In this document: piece after piece, positions 1-29,000 of the stretch | Numbering within the stretch: the stretch's first letter is position 1 | Layout: each line of letters opens with the position of its first letter | From: Flaccisagitta enflata | Lineage: Eukaryota | Direction of reading: 5' to 3' | Length of the DNA stretch: 64,000 bases | Assembly: GCA_965153355.1 (NCBI GenBank) | Contig: OZ231126.1 | Span: 15,686,001 to 15,750,000, forward strand | The notes under the pieces: model-generated | Databases searched by the model: none | What the model saw: only the letters and a program-made list of their open reading frames with translations | Told to the model about the DNA's origin: nothing | Translations under genes and position numbers: made by a program

Positions 1-17035
<17,035 letters not shown>

Positions 17036-17951
17036 TCTAGTATCATCTGTTAACATATCTTGTCAAAGCATGGCATGCGTAATAAGCGTTGAAGTATACT
17101 GCCAGAAGGCTCAATGAGATGAAATTTTTATTGTAGTAGGCAGAAGGTAAGGCCGTACATACTTACCTGCGGCCTGCTTCAGAAAAGATTTCATCATCAA
17201 AGATTTCATCATCTTAGGTCAGCTAGAAGTTTGCTTTTCATGCCATTCATACTTGCTGGTTTTTGACAAAAATATGTTAACAGGTGTTAGTATTGGAGAC
17301 TCAGTCTTTTTTGTGATTGTGAACAACTGAACATTTTACGAAGATCATGGAAATTACGAAGGGTGGCTTCGTTGGTTGTGGAAACAAACTGTTATTGGGA
17401 ACTGGAACAGTCGCTTTGGTTCTTAAACCTCTTACTCGGTGCTTCTCATTTGTTCACTAGAATATTGTTCACTAGAATATTGTTGATTTATACCAACTAT
17501 TCAATCCCTCGCTATTTACGCGTGAATTTGTTGACCCTTCTTCCTCGGCATTCTCGTTTCTCTTTTGAGACGATTTTCGTACGCAGCATTGCTAATTTTT
17601 CTGAATTGCTTACCACTAACAAGTTTTTTATGTATTTCTTTGTTCTCCGTTTGTGATCCGATCCAGCTTCTTAGCTTTACTTACCCGCTATGGAACATTA
17701 TAGTGTACCTTTATTGTACATTCGTAATGTATGTGTTCAGCTACTCATTTTTACAGATCTCTTAGTATATTCAATTATTTTTTACCCTTTTTGAGAGTTT
17801 CTCATGTATCCTTCGGCGTCTTTTACAGTAAAATCACAAATCAAAATATTGTTAACAGCGGTTTGGTCTCATGGCAGTGTTTAAAGGTATAGGCGCCCCA
17901 GATTTTCAGCATTTCATTAACATATTTAATCGTATTTATGATAATAGGGTC

Positions 17952-18559
17952 CAGAAATGTATAAAAAGCGGAATCTAATTCAATCCATTTGTCACGAGAC
18001 CAATTTTAAGGTGGGGAACCAGCTCAGACCACTAAAAAAATTCTCAGGTCAAGATTTGGGGCGCTACCGCTACCTACCTCAGGTCAAAAGGCTATATAAG
18101 GTCAAAATTTCAAATTGGGAAATTTGAAAATCTGATTGCAGATTCAGAATCCTTGCAAAAAAGTACTCAAAGAAAGTGTTTTTCTTTTTTTGATATTCCA
18201 ACTAGAACATGGTGTAATTTAACTTCAAAGGTCATATTTGGGTTAAAATTGCTCTTTTGTTTAGAATTTGGTTTAATTTAATGTTTGATGATAATTTTGA
18301 CTGTTATAGATGGAATATCAAAAAAAGAAAGACACTTTCTTTTGATACTTTTTTGCAAGGATTCTGAATCTGCAATCAGATTTTCAAATTTCCCACTTTG
18401 AAATTTTGACCTTATATAGCCTTTAGACCTGAGATAGGTAGCGGTAGCGCCCCAAATCTTGACCTGAGAATCTTTTTAGTGGTCTGAGCTGATTCCCCAC
18501 CTTAAAATTGGTCTTGTGACAAATGGATTGAATTAGATTCCGCTTTTTATACATTTCTG
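17952..18559. mobile_element. Foldback MITE with ~250-bp inverted arms
   Basis: 17952-18203 is a near-perfect reverse complement of 18306-18559. Confidence 0.88.
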
Positions 18560-19397
18560 AACTCTTTTAGTATTTATGACCTTGACAAATGACGTGTTGA
18601 AATATGATGATTTGATGACTGAGTCTGCATCTGTGCATCTTGCCTTTTTCTTTTCGGTTGCTTCCCGAGTCATTCTAGATTTAAGTTCTTTATAACCACA
18701 TCCATACAGCCTGTGGTAGTGCTTTGATAGATAAGAAATTGCCGTAAATTATTTTCCTGTTGGTCCCCTGAACCTAAAATTACCAGATATTGACCCGTTT
18801 ACCATACTTAACAGTGCGACCAGACTAAGCTTTCACGCTGATTTGCTGTTGGCAGATTATCAAAAGGTCGAAACACTTTTGCAGAAGAGGTTTTCTTACC
18901 TAATAACAGTTTTAGGACGGAACTATGAAGAAAGTCTGATGCCGGATGGGTTTGTTTGGAAGGGACCTTGATAACGATCACTGATACATGTCAACTACCT
19001 AGAACGTACCTTTGTAGTTGTGTTTTCGTATTGCCTGAATGACCACCCCGATCGTCGAAGGGATTTTCTATGAAAGGACCTTTGATGGTATTCCCGTCGT
19101 TAAATTATAATTATTAATTTTTCTTCCAAATGTATTGTTTGACCTTAATTTCTTCCGAGATCAGAAACACAAAGAGATAGGCCAGAGCCGATTTTGGTCC
19201 TCGTGAAACGATGAAAATTATGATGATGACTCTCGTGGTTAATTCGGACGATCTTAGTCGGCGATGATGTATTTACTGAACTTGGGAATAGCAATTCTAG
19301 GTAGGACCTCTGCAGCTCTGCGTTGTTAAGGCGATTAGGATTCTATACCGATAGTGTGCCGAACTGCCGATTGTCCGTTTGGCTCGATTTAACAATA

Positions 19398-22300
19398 GCT
19401 GTCTTATTTTTGAGCAGTGGGAGCAGTGGGGAATGGGCAGTGGGCAGTGGGGAGTGGGCAGTGGGGAGTGGGCAGTGGAAAGTGGGCACTGGGCAGTGGT
19501 AAATGAAAGTAATGAATGGGCAAGAAGAAGAGGGGAATAAGGAATGTGTGATAGATCGGTTTAGTTAACCATGTACCCCAAGCAAAAAGTTGATTTACTT
19601 TGTGAGACATAACTACGACATACCTGATTTTTTTTTTTCCATTCATGGTGGGATTAACCGACACCATGATGTTTTTTTCGAGTAACCTTGAAACGGAAAG
19701 CTACCATGAAACGGAAACAGAACTCTTGCCAATTGAACGAAGGAGAGATTTGAGGGAGAAGTCGCTGTAATCAATTTGAGTCAACTGAATGCAGCGGCGC
19801 GGTGATGCGCAAAGCTGCAGCGATGCATGAGGCTGCGGCGATGAAAGATGAAGTGATTCAGAGCGATGGGATAGGCACCAATGAAAGTTCAGTTTCATAT
19901 CCTGAATAAAAAATTTAAAAATAGGAAAATCTGAAAACATCAGTACAATGCAATCACGTGCCCACAACCTATCCTCAACCCTGAACTTAACCTCAACCTA
20001 AACTCAACCCTAAACCTAACCTCAGCCCTAAACCTAACCTCAACCCTAAACCTAACCTCAACCCTAAACCTAACCTCTAGCATAACCCTCAAGCTAACCT
20101 CAACCTAAACCAACGCCTCAGCCTAAACCCTAACCTCAGCCTAAACCTAACCTCAGCCTAAGCCTAACCTCAGCCTAGCCTAACCTCAGCCTAAACCTAG
20201 CCTCAGCCTAAACCTTGCCTCAGCCTAAACCCTAACCTCAGCCTAAACCTAACCTCAACCCTAGCGCTTAACCTCAACCCCTAACACCTCCAACCTAAAC
20301 CTATCACCACATACTCCTTGCCCTCTCCCTCTTGCCCTCTCACTTTCACTTACTGTTGCCTAGTGCCACTCCTCGCTACCCGTTATTTCACTGTCACTGC
20401 ACATATCACTTGCCCTGTCATAAAAGCCCTAAAGCGTAACCTCAGCCTAAACCTAACCTCAACCTGAACTATCCTCAACCTAAACCTAAACTAAACCTAA
20501 AACTAACACTCATATACAGCCTAACCTCAGCCTTAAACCTAACCTCAACCCTAAACCTAGCCTCAGCCTAAGCCTGACCTCACCTAGCCTGACCTCCTTC
20601 CCTAACCTGGTTTGTCAGCCTAACCTGACCTCAGCCCTGGCCACAACCTCAACTCTAACCTAAAGCTAACTAAACCTAAACCTAACCTCAACCCTAAACT
20701 AACCTAACCTAAGCCTTTGGCCTCAACCTAAACCGGAGCGCCTCAACCTAAATGACCTCAACCTTAAGCCAAGCCTCAATCTAAACCTAACCTCAACCTA
20801 AACCTAACCTCAACCCTAAACCTAACCTCAGCCCTAAACCTAACCTCAACCCTAAACCTAACCTCAACCCTAAACCTAACCTCAACCCTAAACCTATCCA
20901 CCACACACTCCTTCCTCCCCTCTCCCACTCCCTACTTTCTCTTACCATTGCCCACTACCCATTCCCCACTGCCCACTCCCCACTATCCACTGCCCACTAA
21001 CCACTGACCACTAACCACACTGCCAACGTCCCACTATCCACTGCCAACGTCCCACTATCCACTGCCAACGTGCCCACTATCCACTGTCAACGTCCCACTA
21101 TCCACTGCCAACGTCCCACTATCCACTGCCAACGTCCCACTATCCACTGCCAACTCCCCACTATCCACTGCCAACTCCCCACTATCCACTGCCAACTCCC
21201 CACTATCCACTGCCAACTCCCCACTATCCACTGCCAACTCCCCACTATCCACTGCCAACTCCCCACTATCCACTGCCAACTCCCCACTATCCACTGCCAA
21301 CTCCCCACTATCCACTGCCAACTCCCCACTATCCACTGCCAACTCCCCACTATCCACTGCCAACTCCCCACTATCCACTGCCAACTCCCCACTATCCACT
21401 GCCAACTCCCCACTATCCACTGCCCATTGCACCTTAAACCTAACCTCAACCCTAAACCTGACCTCAACCCTAAACCTGACCTCAACCCTAAACCTGACCT
21501 CAACTGTAAACCTGACCTCAACCATAAACCAAACCTCAACTTTAAACCAAACCTCAATCTTAAGCTTAACCTCAACCCTAAACCTAACCTCAGCCCTATT
21601 CCTAACCTCAACCCTAAACCTAACCTCAACCCCAAATCCCTATCTTTTACCTATTTCCACGGTGATGCGAAGATGAGATGGGAAAAGAAGTTGAAAAGAT
21701 GCTAAGATGGGATGCGAAGAAAATATCGAGGTCCAAATATTAAGATGAGACTGCAAGGCGAAATCGTCATTGAAGCGGCGCAAAAAGGAGCTCGAAGAGG
21801 ATTGTAAAACCTGGACTAAGATGTTATCAGCTATATTCCTAATTTCCTGCAACTAAAATTGGGATATTAGCAGGTAGTTAGGAGTAGCGAGTAGTGGCAA
21901 GTGGTATGGGGAGTTGGCAGTGGAGAGTGGGGAGTGGCAAGTGGGGAGTGGCAATTGGGGAGTGGAGAATGGGGAGTGGCAAGTGGGGAGTGGCAAGTGG
22001 GGAGTGGCAAATGAGGAGTGGCAAATGGGTAGTGGCGAGTGGATTTCCTTTGAGTATAATCAAATCCTCTAAACACATCAAACTAACCACAGTTAAGACC
22101 ATCAAGGTGAAATAAAACCATCAAATGATAATCAATATGACAATATAAATATAGCTATGAAATTTAGACAACTTAGAATAGTAAGAATAACTGGAATTCA
22201 AACTAATGAAAAGATAACGTTATAAATTATAAACGCATTGACTGTCTGCAATATGCAAATGAGATTCTGGCGAATCTCCTTTGCTAACTGGTTCTACTCT

Positions 22301-22715
22301 GCCACAGCAAGTGGGGAGTACGGAGTGGCAAGTAGGGAGTGGCAAGTAGGGAGTAGGGAGTGGCAAGTAAGAAATTAACGAAGTAGAAAATTAGCAAGTA
22401 GGGAGTGGCAAGTAGGGAGTAGGGAGTGGCAAGTGGGGAGTGGCAAGTGGGGAGTGGCAAGTGGGGAGTGGCAAGTGGGGAGTGGCAAGTGGGGAGTGGC
22501 AAGTGGGGAGTGGCAAGTGGGGAGTGGCAAGTGGGGAGTGGCAAGTGGGGAGTGGCAAGTGGGGAGTGGCAAGTGGCAAGTGGGGAGTGGCGAGTGGAAT
22601 GGGACCAGTGGGCAGTGGTGAAATTAACAGTTACAACAGTAAACTTTATATGGTATCAGACTCCACTGCCCACTCCCCACTTGCCACTCCTGCCACTGAT
22701 TAAGAATAAGACAGC
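19398..22715. mobile_element. TIR (foldback-like) element filled with minisatellites
   Basis: Termini GCTGTCTTATT...CAGTGG / CCACTG...AATAAGACAGC, each flanked by TA. Internal arrays: 18-mer CCTAACCTCAACCCTAAA, 21-mer CCCACTATCCACTGCCAACTC, 14-mer GTGGGGAGTGGCAA. Confidence 0.75.
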
Positions 22716-23075
22716 TATCCTTTACTTTACCCGTCCGGGCTATGATGGCTATTATGGCAATGAATAGGCTCGCGCATATTTCGGCGATGTCGGCGGGAAG
22801 AATCGGGAGTGAGGATGACGATGAAAATTATCGATGACGTTACCGATGATTGCGGCGATTTATTTACGCTCGCTCTCACTTTTGAGAATCATGGTCAATG
22901 AGCCTAGCTCGAATTGAAAAGATGTTTCATCGCTGCCGCCTTGGTTACTCGTAGCTGTATCATGCATGTGGGAGTGAAAGAAAGGTGAAGCCACAAATGG
23001 TTTCATGAGCATTTTTAATAGGTTTGGTAGGTTCAATAGCTTTGATTTAAATTAGTTCCTCTTATGACTGTTTAG

Positions 23076-26000
23076 TGATTATTCGCGTGTCGTCCGTGGA
23101 GGATAATGGTCTTGCTCAAACCGGAAATGCTAACGGGACCGGTATTCCGGTTCTCCCCGATGGCGCGCCTTCAGTCACGCCGACTAAGGCGGCCAGTGGG
23201 CTTTCAACCACCATTCGTCACAACTCTCTCGAGACTAAATCTGTAGTCACTGGCAAGTCTAGTGCGGAAATATCCTCCACGAAGCCTTCGGTTGGGACGA
23301 CAACTGGGAGAACAACAACAGCGCCATCAACGGCTGGGCGGCAACAGCAGCCCAACAACAGCATCTCTACCACAGCTACGGTGGTCTTGAAACCAGTCGG
23401 AAACATCGAAGGGATTGTCTTGGGGCCGGCTGAAACAAAAGTTGAGAAGCAAAATGACGCCGTGGTCGATGACGCCGTGGTCGATGCCATCGAAAATGTC
23501 GACACTGGGGGAGCCGTCGTCGATCTTGGCTCTCCAGGCAACCAACAATCGGGCGACGCGACGAATGAGTAAGTTGATAGAGGTTCTAAGTCGATTTAAA
23601 TCATTTTGTCTTTCCGATTGTTTGACTAGTCTGGACTAAGCGTACGTTATTTGTCACCAATCTTGCTCGCTGGATTCTGAATTAGTATCTGTGATTTTCA
23701 TTGTGTAGGAATCCTCCTCTCGAAGCAAACGCAACCGTTACCAATGATACTTCGCCTAACAAAAACGACTCTCTTTCTGATGCGCCTCCCTCCACTTCTT
23801 TGGCTCCATCAACTCTCCCAAAGGAAGAAGCCCCACTTCCGGCCAAAGGCGCCGCTCAAGAGGAAAAACAATCGTCAATGACCATCTTTTTCATTCTTAT
23901 TGTTCTAGGTGAGCAAAAAGCAAAGTACAGAGGAAGGAGAAATATAAGATGTGAACCCCCCTAAAACTGTAGCACCCCCTCTTACTTGTAGCTCAAACTA
24001 TAAAAATAAATGATAAATTTAACATTTAAAACTAATTAAAGCTTATGACTATACAAGTGGCGCCACCAGAGCGATTTTGCAATTTCCATTCCAGTCTCAA
24101 ATTATAATAGAAAAACCTTGATTTTTTGAACTTTAAGTAATAGTTAATTTTAATACTTTTTTAAGCTATATCTTGACTTAAAAATCAAAAATAAAAAATC
24201 GCTCTGGTGACGCCATTTGTATTTATGTAAACATTTTTCCTCTACCTTTAGAATGTCTATGATCTAATTGGTTAAAGCTGTAGAGGGGGTGCTACTGTTT
24301 TCAGGGGGTTCACACCTTATATTAACCTTCTCTCTGTAAGTTTTCTAATCCTGATATGATAGTGATGTAGCTTTACAATTTCGCATTATGTATATTTCTT
24401 TACTTTTCTTCCCTCAGCTTTGTGTATTCTAGTCGTTCATCTCCTGCTCATTACGCGATTTCATTATTTGCCTGAGAGTATTGCCATCGTTTTTCTTGGA
24501 GGACTGATAGGTAAGGTTAAGAGAGGGGTTATTTTAGATATAAAGATATTTTCTATTCTTTGGCTTGGCTTACCTCGGTCTCAAATTCTAAATCACTATC
24601 TTTTCACTTATTCTCAGGTGCGTTGTTATCTGTACTTTCAAAGAACTACAGTTGGAAAAAGGAAGAAGCTTTTTCTCCAACAACTTTTTTCCTGCTTATC
24701 CTTCCGCCAATTATCTTTGAAAGTGGATACAATCTGCATAAAGGAAACTTTTTCCAAAATTTGGGGTCTATCATGATCTTCGCTATATTCGGAACTTTTC
24801 TCTCTGCTATTGTCATCGGTAAGTAATTGACACGGTTGATGCGTGTGATGATGAAAGTGGGTGTATAATGTTCTATAAATACCCAATAGGGGAGAAAAGA
24901 TATGATTTTCCACACAACTATTTTCCATGCCGTTAAAGCATCTACATCAATACGGTACAGTTGCGTAACGAGCGAAATTAAAGGGTTCTCTTGGAATGTA
25001 GTTGAGAAAAGGAAAATATCCTCAAAAAAAAAAAAAAACGATAACAAAGACAAAACAAAAAACAAATCTAAACTTATGATTTATGTAGATGTAAAGAGGT
25101 TTCCAAAATATCACGAGTATAAGTTCTCGCATCTGGCATGTTTAATCACTATCATATTGGTACAGTCAATCATTTCTTGATCGCAAGCAGGACCCCGTCG
25201 GCCATGTTGAGAAGAAGAGATTCAACCCGCTCGTCTTTGGCGACCAGGTCATTGAGTTTCCGTATGGTGACGGTGTCTGCATCTTGGACGCTGTCGAGAA
25301 GTATTTTGCCAGACCAGATGGTGTTGTCAACCGCAATGATCCCACCAGGACGTAAAAGCTGGAAATAGGATTAGACTTATGATCATGTCGCGGCTGCGTC
25401 TTCGATCAACGTTGTATCTACAGTGCTGCTCCCAAACAAAAAATAAGACCATTCTGCATTTATCAGGTTGTTCAAGCTGCCTTTATTTAGGAGTCACTCT
25501 TTCTTAATTGATGCATCTTTGTCCTAGAAGTGTCCTAGAAACTCAGATTCATACCTCAGATTCATACCTGTAGGCACGTTTCGTAGTAGTTGATATAATT
25601 TCCTTTGTCGGCGTCGATGAAGGCGAAGTCGAACGTGCCCTGTTCTGTGGCCAGGAGTGAATTGAGAGTGTCCATCGCTGGAGCAATGCGCAGGTCGATT
25701 TTGTCGGTAACGCCTGCCTCCTCCCAAAATGGTTTACCTGGAAATGGGATTAGGCAAATTGTGCCACATTAAGCGAGATGACCGACTGGCCAAGAAGCTT
25801 TATTTCCAGTTCATTCGGTTTGTTCCAATCCCTCACCGATGCTAGCGTATTCATCGGAAACATCGCACGCCACAACTCTTCCATCCGCCGGCAACGCGAG
25901 GGCTATGGTCAGCGCCGAGTATCCGGTGAAGACGCCAATATCCAGCGTTTTCTTGGCGCTAATCAGCTTGCAAAACATGGCGAGAAGGTGTAATTCGTCT

Positions 26001-29000
26001 TGTGACCCCAGCATCATAGATCTCCTGATAGTGAGAAAGGAGCGAGATTGATCATCTGCATATGAAAGAATAGCCAAACAAGACTTCACGCAAAGTCATA
26101 GGGAAGTTCTTTTTAGTCGCGGACACGCGACTCTACACCTTGCGGTGTCGGTCGGTTGGTCCGTCGGTCCGTCCGTCACATTTTTGAATTCTGGGCGGTT
26201 TCATTTCGCTATACTGCTCCTGCCCAACCGTCCGCGACTGTCCTGCCGTGTATCCGGCCTTGTTTCAAAACCATGATCGAGATGAACCAGAACAAAAACT
26301 TAGTGCTGGGACCTTTAAGTTATGGCTGCATATTGCTTGAGGAAAAATTATGGGAAAAAGTTTAGGACCAAGTTCAAAGAGTAACAAGCAAGCGGGTGCA
26401 TGGTCGAACCTGTGTTTCATCGTTTCCGCCACCAACTTCTGTTGAGCCGGAACCATTTTGGGGGTGACGAATTTGTTCATGATGTAGTTCACTATTGGAT
26501 GCGAAGACGTCTGGGTCTTCCTCTTCAACTCGTCCAAATCGGAGATATCCATCGCTGAGATAGTCTATCAATTCGGTTCTTACTTGCTACTATATCGCTT
26601 TGGATGCCACTATAGTCTATTCTGGCCTGTCTAGCAGAAAAGAAATCAAATTTATTACGTAGATGATGATGATGATGATGTTTCGTAATAGACAGTGGAC
26701 GGAATCAAAAGGAATAGCCCAATCACAGGGAATAGCGCCGTGTAGTTAATGATTGGATCCCAAACTAAGGCTAAAATCTTCTCTTCGTATTTGAATAGCA
26801 TCCAAAAGAATGATGAGAGAGGCAAAGAAAGCGCCGCCACGAGCGTGGAAAACACCGAGCCTGTGCCGATGGAAGTTTTGACACAGCTAGTTAATTGTTA
26901 TCCACATTACTGTTTATCTCCTACTTAAAAGCATCGTTGAAGAAGAAAACTAAACAATACACAGAACAAAAAAATTCAAAAAAATGGACAACTCACCCTC
27001 TGAAACCGCCATTAAACAAATCAAGAAGACATCGTTGCCAACAAATCAAGAAGACATCGTTGCCAACGTATGCAAACGTATTGAGAACGAAAATCACTGG
27101 AACTTTTTCGCAGCCACGGGCCGAGTCATCCATAATTCCAAAATGACACTCCAGCGCCTTGTTGAGCTTTGAAAAGAAGTCGACGAATGACGAGGCTTGT
27201 CCGAATCCTGGAATAACGTCCGCCCAGAACAACAGCAGGACCCAGAGGAAGCCGAATAATTGGGTCCAGAAGTAAAACAATAACAGCTCTTTTGTACGAC
27301 GCTGAGCACCTGGAAAAGACGGAAAGTTCTACACTTTATTTTGAGTAAGGACAAAGTTTATAAGGACATTGAGGCTGAAATTTTGCCAAAAATTAAGAAC
27401 ATTTTGAGATAAAGCCAGCTGGTTTAAAAAAAAATTTGATTCAAAATTTAGATTGTTCTATGCAACTTTAAAAAAAAATAACCATGTTCATAGGAAATAA
27501 TAGCATTCATTTTTGCTCAATAATATAATAATTTAGTAAGAACAACTACAAAGCAATTATTGTCACATCTAACTTGTATTTACTTATATTGAACATCAGT
27601 TATTTTGATTCATAAAACATTATCAAAAGAAAATCATAGGAAAATATTAAGGACACGCTAAGGATATTTCAGCCTGAAATTTGCAAAAATCTAAGGACAT
27701 CCCAGCCTCAGAAAAAATTAACTGGTCCTTATTAAAAATAAAGAGTGTATGTCATTTTAGTTTGACTCGAAGCAGCCTGATCAATGATCATATTAATCGT
27801 AAAAGTTAAGATCGTGCAAATTTTCCCAAAAATAGAATAGAGTAAATTTACATGTTAGAATCTTATAAATTTTCCTTACTGGTTTCATATATAACGTAAT
27901 TTATGGCGACCGGTATTTGGGCTAGAATCATTAGTGTGGGCCACAAAAATGGTTGACTGATTTGTGGCGGCGCATCGTGTATTGTCATGTTGACATCGAC
28001 GCTGCTGTTGGTGTCGTCATCTCTTAGCTTGAGAGAAAAGATTGTGGGAGCAGCAGAAATGAAGATTCCCATTATGACGACGCCGCAACAGATGACCTGT
28101 TTGAGGATTGGGATTTGGTATATGAGCCAACAAAGGCCGCTTCAAGAACAATAACTTGTGCACTTGATTAAGGAGTCATTAAAACTACCTGACGTATAGA
28201 GAGTGCCTTCTTCAGGATAAGGAATCTTGTGAATGCCGTAATGGGGATTATGGCTGTGTTGAGCAGCGGATAGAGGTATGAAGGCACGCGCGTCGGAAGC
28301 GTCGCTAGGACGACAATGATATTTTGGACGGTGCTGAGAAATCCACAAAGGAACAGGGTCTTCCACGGCGTGTTGCACACGAAGTACAAGGATTCGCGAA
28401 GAACGATCAATTGTTGAGCTGTGTTGAAGAAGAAGTGGTCAAATTCATCGTCACTGCAGACGCCAGTTTATGACATACGTGTTTACTGGGACGTTCGTGG
28501 AAAAAAGTAGTCGCCCACTTGACCTGATCGAGAGAGCGGCATTTCATAGGCAATGCAATATTTACATCCGCACTAACCTATCCACGCCAGTGCGAGCAGA
28601 ACTGGACAGAAGAATCCCGATATGATGAGCAAGTTATAAATGTCGCTAACATCCGTCATCACTGTAGTGTAGATCGGGGTTGATGCGTAAAGTCCGATGC
28701 TCGAAAGAAGATTGGCAAGAACGAAGGTCATTTTGAGAAGGGCACCTCGGTATTTTGAAGAAATGTTTGCCGGCACTGTTTGCGTGATTATCTCCTCGGT
28801 TTCATTGTCCGATAACATGAGCGGTTCGCGCTCCTCGCTCTCCATCTTTGGCTAATGATGTTTAACGATTACTTTTCCTACGGGTTCAAAGGGATGATAC
28901 TATCACAATAGATCAATGGGTGTTTTTAACTTGTGCGGTTGCAAGAGAACAGCGGAAAAAAATGAAATAAAAGTAAAACAAAACAAACAGAAGCTTTGCA

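Noticed and set aside
19980-20895. True telomere or chromosome end
   Set aside because: An 18-bp composite unit, interstitial and enclosed by TIRs, not a pure TTAGG/TTAGGG run.
21055-22767. Repetitive ORFs (PTIHCQL, AVDSGEL, LATPHLP)
   Set aside because: Stop-free translations of 21-, 18- and 14-mer satellites, open in several frames on both strands.
25170-26552. Horizontal transfer of a bacterial or plant OMT
   Set aside because: The gene has three spliceosomal introns and animals possess COMTD1-type genes; there is no evidence without a phylogeny.
28453-28523. Mini-exon plus a 33-nt intron in the CRT-like gene
   Set aside because: A single GT-AG intron 28577-28419 with a good polypyrimidine tract restores the frame more simply.
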